From positions 32,001-96,000 of the forward strand of contig CAZALK010000007.1 in assembly GCA_964486045.1 (NCBI GenBank): 64,000 nt of DNA, written 5' to 3'. This DNA comes from an uncultured archaeon (lineage in GTDB: Archaea > Asgardarchaeota > Lokiarchaeia > Sigyniarchaeales > SOKP01). The notes below the pieces were generated by a model. The model was not told the origin of the DNA. It did not search any database and saw only the letters and a list, made by a program, of their open reading frames with translations. The first letter of the stretch is position 1. Each line of letters begins with the position of its first letter. Of this stretch, positions 60,644-64,000 are shown in pieces. A program made the translations under genes and the position numbers.

Positions 60644-61459
60644 TCAGCTTTTAGAAAACCCTCCGTGATGAAATTCAATTTTAAAGTGAAGCTTCAATTT
60701 TTCACAATAAATTTTAATCTCTTCTTCAAGGACATCCCAATAACTTCTATCTTTTTGAATTTCTTTATATTTTGAAAGAAAATCGGGGTAATATTCTTTT
60801 ATTATTCTCATAATTCTATGAATATTATGAGGTCTGAAATTTAAGTTTTCAAAGCTATATTTATTTGTATAGTCAACCGTTTCTCTAATTATAGCTTTAA
60901 AGTCTGTAATTTCAGGAAAAAAAGGTGAAATAAAAATATACGTTTGAATACCACTTTCGTATATTTCTTTTATAGCTACAAATCGGTCCGAAGGTTTCGA
61001 TGCCCCCCGCTCTAAAATCCGGGCAAAATCATCATTTAATGTGCTGATTGAAATTCCTACTTCGATATTTTTGAATTTCTTAAATAAATCAATGTCCCTT
61101 ACTACTAACTTAGATTTAGTGAGAATTATAACTTCAGCACCAGTTCCAATAAGTTTTTCTAATATTTTTCGAGTGTTTTGATATTTTTTTTCCAAGGGTA
61201 GATATGGATCTGTTACAGAACTTAGTAAAATCCTCTTATCGTTATACCTTTGAGGTTTAATTTTATCTAACTCAAATTGTTTAATGTCTAAAAATTCCCC
61301 CCATTTGTCCCCTTTATGATTCGTAAATCTAATCATAAATTCAGCGTAACAATAGACGCAACCATGTTGACATCCTGTATATGGATTAATAACATAATCA
61401 ATCTGAGGAATATTACTTTTTGTTATAATACTCTTCGCTTCTCGAAAGTTTATTTTCAT
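60644..61459 (-). CDS. radical SAM protein (spore photoproduct lyase-like family)
   Basis: INPYTGCQHGCVYCYA, SSVTDPY and ILTKS.LV.RD. Confidence 0.9.
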   Translation of the reverse strand: MKINFREAKSIITKSNIPQIDYVINPYTGCQHGCVYCYAEFMIRFTNHKGDKWGEFLDIKQFELDKIKPQRYNDKRILLSSVTDPYLPLEKKYQNTRKILEKLIGTGAEVIILTKSKLVVRDIDLFKKFKNIEVGISISTLNDDFARILERGASKPSDRFVAIKEIYESGIQTYIFISPFFPEITDFKAIIRETVDYTNKYSFENLNFRPHNIHRIMRIIKEYYPDFLSKYKEIQKDRSYWDVLEEEIKIYCEKLKLHFKIEFHHGGFSKS

Positions 61460-61483
61460 CTTTTATTTTCTAAATTTCTTTAA

Positions 61484-62254
61484 TTAAACAGAATTCAAAG
61501 TATTTACAGCGATTTTAAATAGCGTTTGGAGATGTTCATCTGTTAAGTGAAAGTAAGGTTGCCACTCTCTTTCTCCTACATAATCACTTATTGTAAAAAT
61601 CGCCCCAACATCAACATCTAAAGTACTAGCTACTGTAAATACTGCTGAAGCTTCCATATCCACTGTTAACACCCCTTCTCTTTTATAATGGTCTATTTCT
61701 TTAAGTGTCTCTCGATAAGGGGCATCAGTTGTCCATGATGTACCTAAATTATATTCTACTCCCATTTTTTTAATTGTTTGCATAATTTTTTGATTTAAAA
61801 TTTGAGAAGGATAAGAATATTTCTCACACTGAAAATAATGATGAGAAGTCCCTTCGTCTCGAATAGCTCGTTCACAGAGGACAACATTCCCTATTTTTAA
61901 GTTTTTTTGTAGAGCTCCTGCGGTTCCAATAGAAATAAAAAATTTCACATCAAAAGCCGAAAGTTCCTCCAACAAGATTGCTGCGATGGGTGCGCCTATA
62001 CCAAAATTACCACATATCCCAATATTTCCTTGAGTTTGTTCCAATATGTAGAATTCTCCAAAAACATCCTTTATTTTTTGTACGGGATAATTTTTTATTA
62101 TGTGAGTCATTAAACTAGGTTGAAAAGTAAAAATTACTCCTTTAGGAGGGGTGATTTCGGGATATCTTCCAATTTCTTTTTTATATTTCCAAAAATCCTT
62201 TCCATTGATTATCGAAGTTTCATCATATTTATCTGGAAAATTTGGGAAAGTCAT
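61484..62254 (-). CDS. nucleoside phosphorylase (PNP/UDP family)
   Basis: GIGAP, GTAGAL, RDEGTSHHY, WTTDAPYRET and VDMEAS. Confidence 0.92.
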   Translation of the reverse strand: MTFPNFPDKYDETSIINGKDFWKYKKEIGRYPEITPPKGVIFTFQPSLMTHIIKNYPVQKIKDVFGEFYILEQTQGNIGICGNFGIGAPIAAILLEELSAFDVKFFISIGTAGALQKNLKIGNVVLCERAIRDEGTSHHYFQCEKYSYPSQILNQKIMQTIKKMGVEYNLGTSWTTDAPYRETLKEIDHYKREGVLTVDMEASAVFTVASTLDVDVGAIFTISDYVGEREWQPYFHLTDEHLQTLFKIAVNTLNSV

Positions 62255-62356
62255 GTTATATAATTTTGCTTATTATTTTTAAAACTTTTAGAAATTGATT
62301 TAGGAAGGGTAAATGACTAATAAATAAAATCTAAAATAAAAAAAAATATAGAAAAC

Positions 62357-63313
62357 TTATTTTTTGGATTTTCTTCTCTTAACAATCATATAAGTGATTA
62401 ATCCAGCTCCGCATGTCGCTAATATTATTAAAATAATGAAAAATATCCACTCTGAGTTCGAGCTTATAATTTGAAAGATTATGCTCTCACTAACGTCTTT
62501 TACCGTAAAAGAAGATATGGTTCCTTCTTCCCCATATGATAATTCAACAGTGTAATTTGTTTCACCGGATCTTTCAAAGATAAGAGTTCTTCCGCGTGAA
62601 GAAGCATTTTCACATCCAAGTTCGTTTATCAGATCAGTTAAATATGTGGTCTGTGGTGCTGCAACTGCAAGTCCATTTAGAGCAAGTTGCCATAAAAAGT
62701 CATCTGAGGTTACATTAGCAAAGCTATAGTTCATTAGCATTATTGAAGGAATGATGTTAAGAGCAGCTACTATGGTATTAAAATCGTCCAGAATGGTTTT
62801 TAAATCTAAAGGATCTTTAAATACCAAAATACCTTCATTATAACTTGGTTGTTCTAGATGAGCGCCTGCAGTAAAATTCCATACTGCTCCTACACCATAC
62901 CACAGCCTATAACTATCTGTATAATTTGCATTAATAGTAGTTTCATTGTATCCAACACTATTCATAATTACCAGATCTTCAAAACTAATGTATTTTGTCA
63001 AAAATAGAGATGTGAAAACATCCCATGTTTGCCATACAATATCATTCCAACCTAATATAGTAGTTTTGCTCTTCGCACCTGTGATGTTCGCATCTCCTTC
63101 AAACCAGTAGCTAGGATTTGTAGAAGTATTAACCGTAGTTTTCCAAGCAGCATCATTGTAATGATTCACTAATAAATCGTCTGTCCCTTTCGCTAGAGTT
63201 AATTGATAGTTTGGACTCGCGGATACCGTTGTAGCAAACATCCCACAAATAATTATCCCAAATAATATTAGACTCAACATGTTGGTCTTGGATTTGTTCT
63301 TAAGTAATTTCAT
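62357..63313 (-). CDS. secreted, C-terminally membrane-anchored protein
   Basis: Signal peptide (VSA-S), many N-x-S/T sites, C-terminal TM and basic tail. Confidence 0.7.
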   Translation of the reverse strand: MKLLKNKSKTNMLSLILFGIIICGMFATTVSASPNYQLTLAKGTDDLLVNHYNDAAWKTTVNTSTNPSYWFEGDANITGAKSKTTILGWNDIVWQTWDVFTSLFLTKYISFEDLVIMNSVGYNETTINANYTDSYRLWYGVGAVWNFTAGAHLEQPSYNEGILVFKDPLDLKTILDDFNTIVAALNIIPSIMLMNYSFANVTSDDFLWQLALNGLAVAAPQTTYLTDLINELGCENASSRGRTLIFERSGETNYTVELSYGEEGTISSFTVKDVSESIIFQIISSNSEWIFFIILIILATCGAGLITYMIVKRRKSKK

Positions 63314-63314
63314 C

Positions 63315-64000
63315 TTACAATTGCCTCCGTTTGAATAAATAAGCTGCTAAGATAAAGAAAACGACTATATTTATCAGTAACAACGTAATTCCCATACCAA
63401 TTGTTGGCGTTACCCACTGTCCAAAAGTAAAATCTCCTCCGGGACCAAATGGACCGCCACCCCCACTAAATGAGAATTCAACAAACCTTGGATTTGGAAA
63501 GGGATTACTAAGAATTTCAGAGATAAGGGACCCTAAGTAAGCTAGGGAGTATAAAGGCTCAAAAGCGTCTGCAAATATGATTGTAACGATTTGATCTGCA
63601 ATATTAAATCCAATAAGAAGAAGTACTAAAGTAGAGATGATAGTCAGGTTTACACTTCTCATAAATGAGCTAAAGAATGTAACAAAGCTACTTAAAGCAA
63701 TAACGTATAGTATAGCAATACCATATGAATGAAACAATCGGATATTAATTGGTCCACCATAATAGAAAAAGCCTAGAAGCCCCAGTATAAAATAATAGAT
63801 TGAAACAATTGAAATAACTAAAACTAGATTTCCGATGTATTTTCCTAAGATCAATTTGTATTTGTTGATTTTAGGAAAAACAATAAATCCTGTTTTTTTA
63901 TCAAATTCAGAACAAATAATTCCCGAGAAAAATAAACAAGCGGCAAATAAAGTTAAAAATGATATAAATTGTAATCCTGAGCTAAAATACTCTGCTTGTG
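63315..64000 (-). CDS. ABC-2 type transporter permease (5' end outside window)
   Basis: The frame extends upstream (GIICSEFDKKTG...PKINKYKLILGKY); multiple TM helices. Confidence 0.8.
   Translation of the reverse strand, partial: QAEYFSSGLQFISFLTLFAACLFFSGIICSEFDKKTGFIVFPKINKYKLILGKYIGNLVLVISIVSIYYFILGLLGFFYYGGPINIRLFHSYGIAILYVIALSSFVTFFSSFMRSVNLTIISTLVLLLIGFNIADQIVTIIFADAFEPLYSLAYLGSLISEILSNPFPNPRFVEFSFSGGGGPFGPGGDFTFGQWVTPTIGMGITLLLINIVVFFILAAYLFKRRQL

Noticed and set aside
2518-60775. Many short antisense or overlapping ORFs in the six-frame track (e.g. 2518-2910, 13665-13967, 41192-41542, 52134-52493, 60464-60775)
   Set aside because: They are shadows of well-supported genes and have no motifs.

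Overview
AT-rich archaeal chromosomal segment. Gene content points to an Asgard archaeon, probably Lokiarchaeia (inference from the A/V-type ATPase operon, tRNA-splicing endonuclease, archaeal GlmU/GlmS/GlmM, several 2-hydroxyacyl-CoA dehydratase subunits and zinc-ribbon membrane proteins). It holds endA, a complete A/V-ATPase operon with a second catalytically altered A subunit, an HgdC/HgdAB-like dehydratase cluster, glmU-glmS-glmM, an FAD oxidoreductase/Fe-S/FGGY kinase operon, purC/purSQL, pyrE and a PadR-Hsp20/nitroreductase divergon. I found no rRNA, tRNA, CRISPR array or intact transposase. Main finding: the HgdC activator gene is interrupted inside its conserved MNDKCAAG motif by a 27-nt insert (22809-22835) with an in-frame stop. 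The insert folds into a bulge-helix-bulge, and its predicted EndA cut sites restore the motif exactly. This is a candidate tRNA-type mRNA intron, with endA encoded in the same window. Other oddities: further frame-broken genes (30212/30085, pyrE, padR), an in-frame UGA gene with a 3' hairpin, ATA/ATT starts, and two 3'-end gene duplications that flank inserted DNA, one of them at endA.
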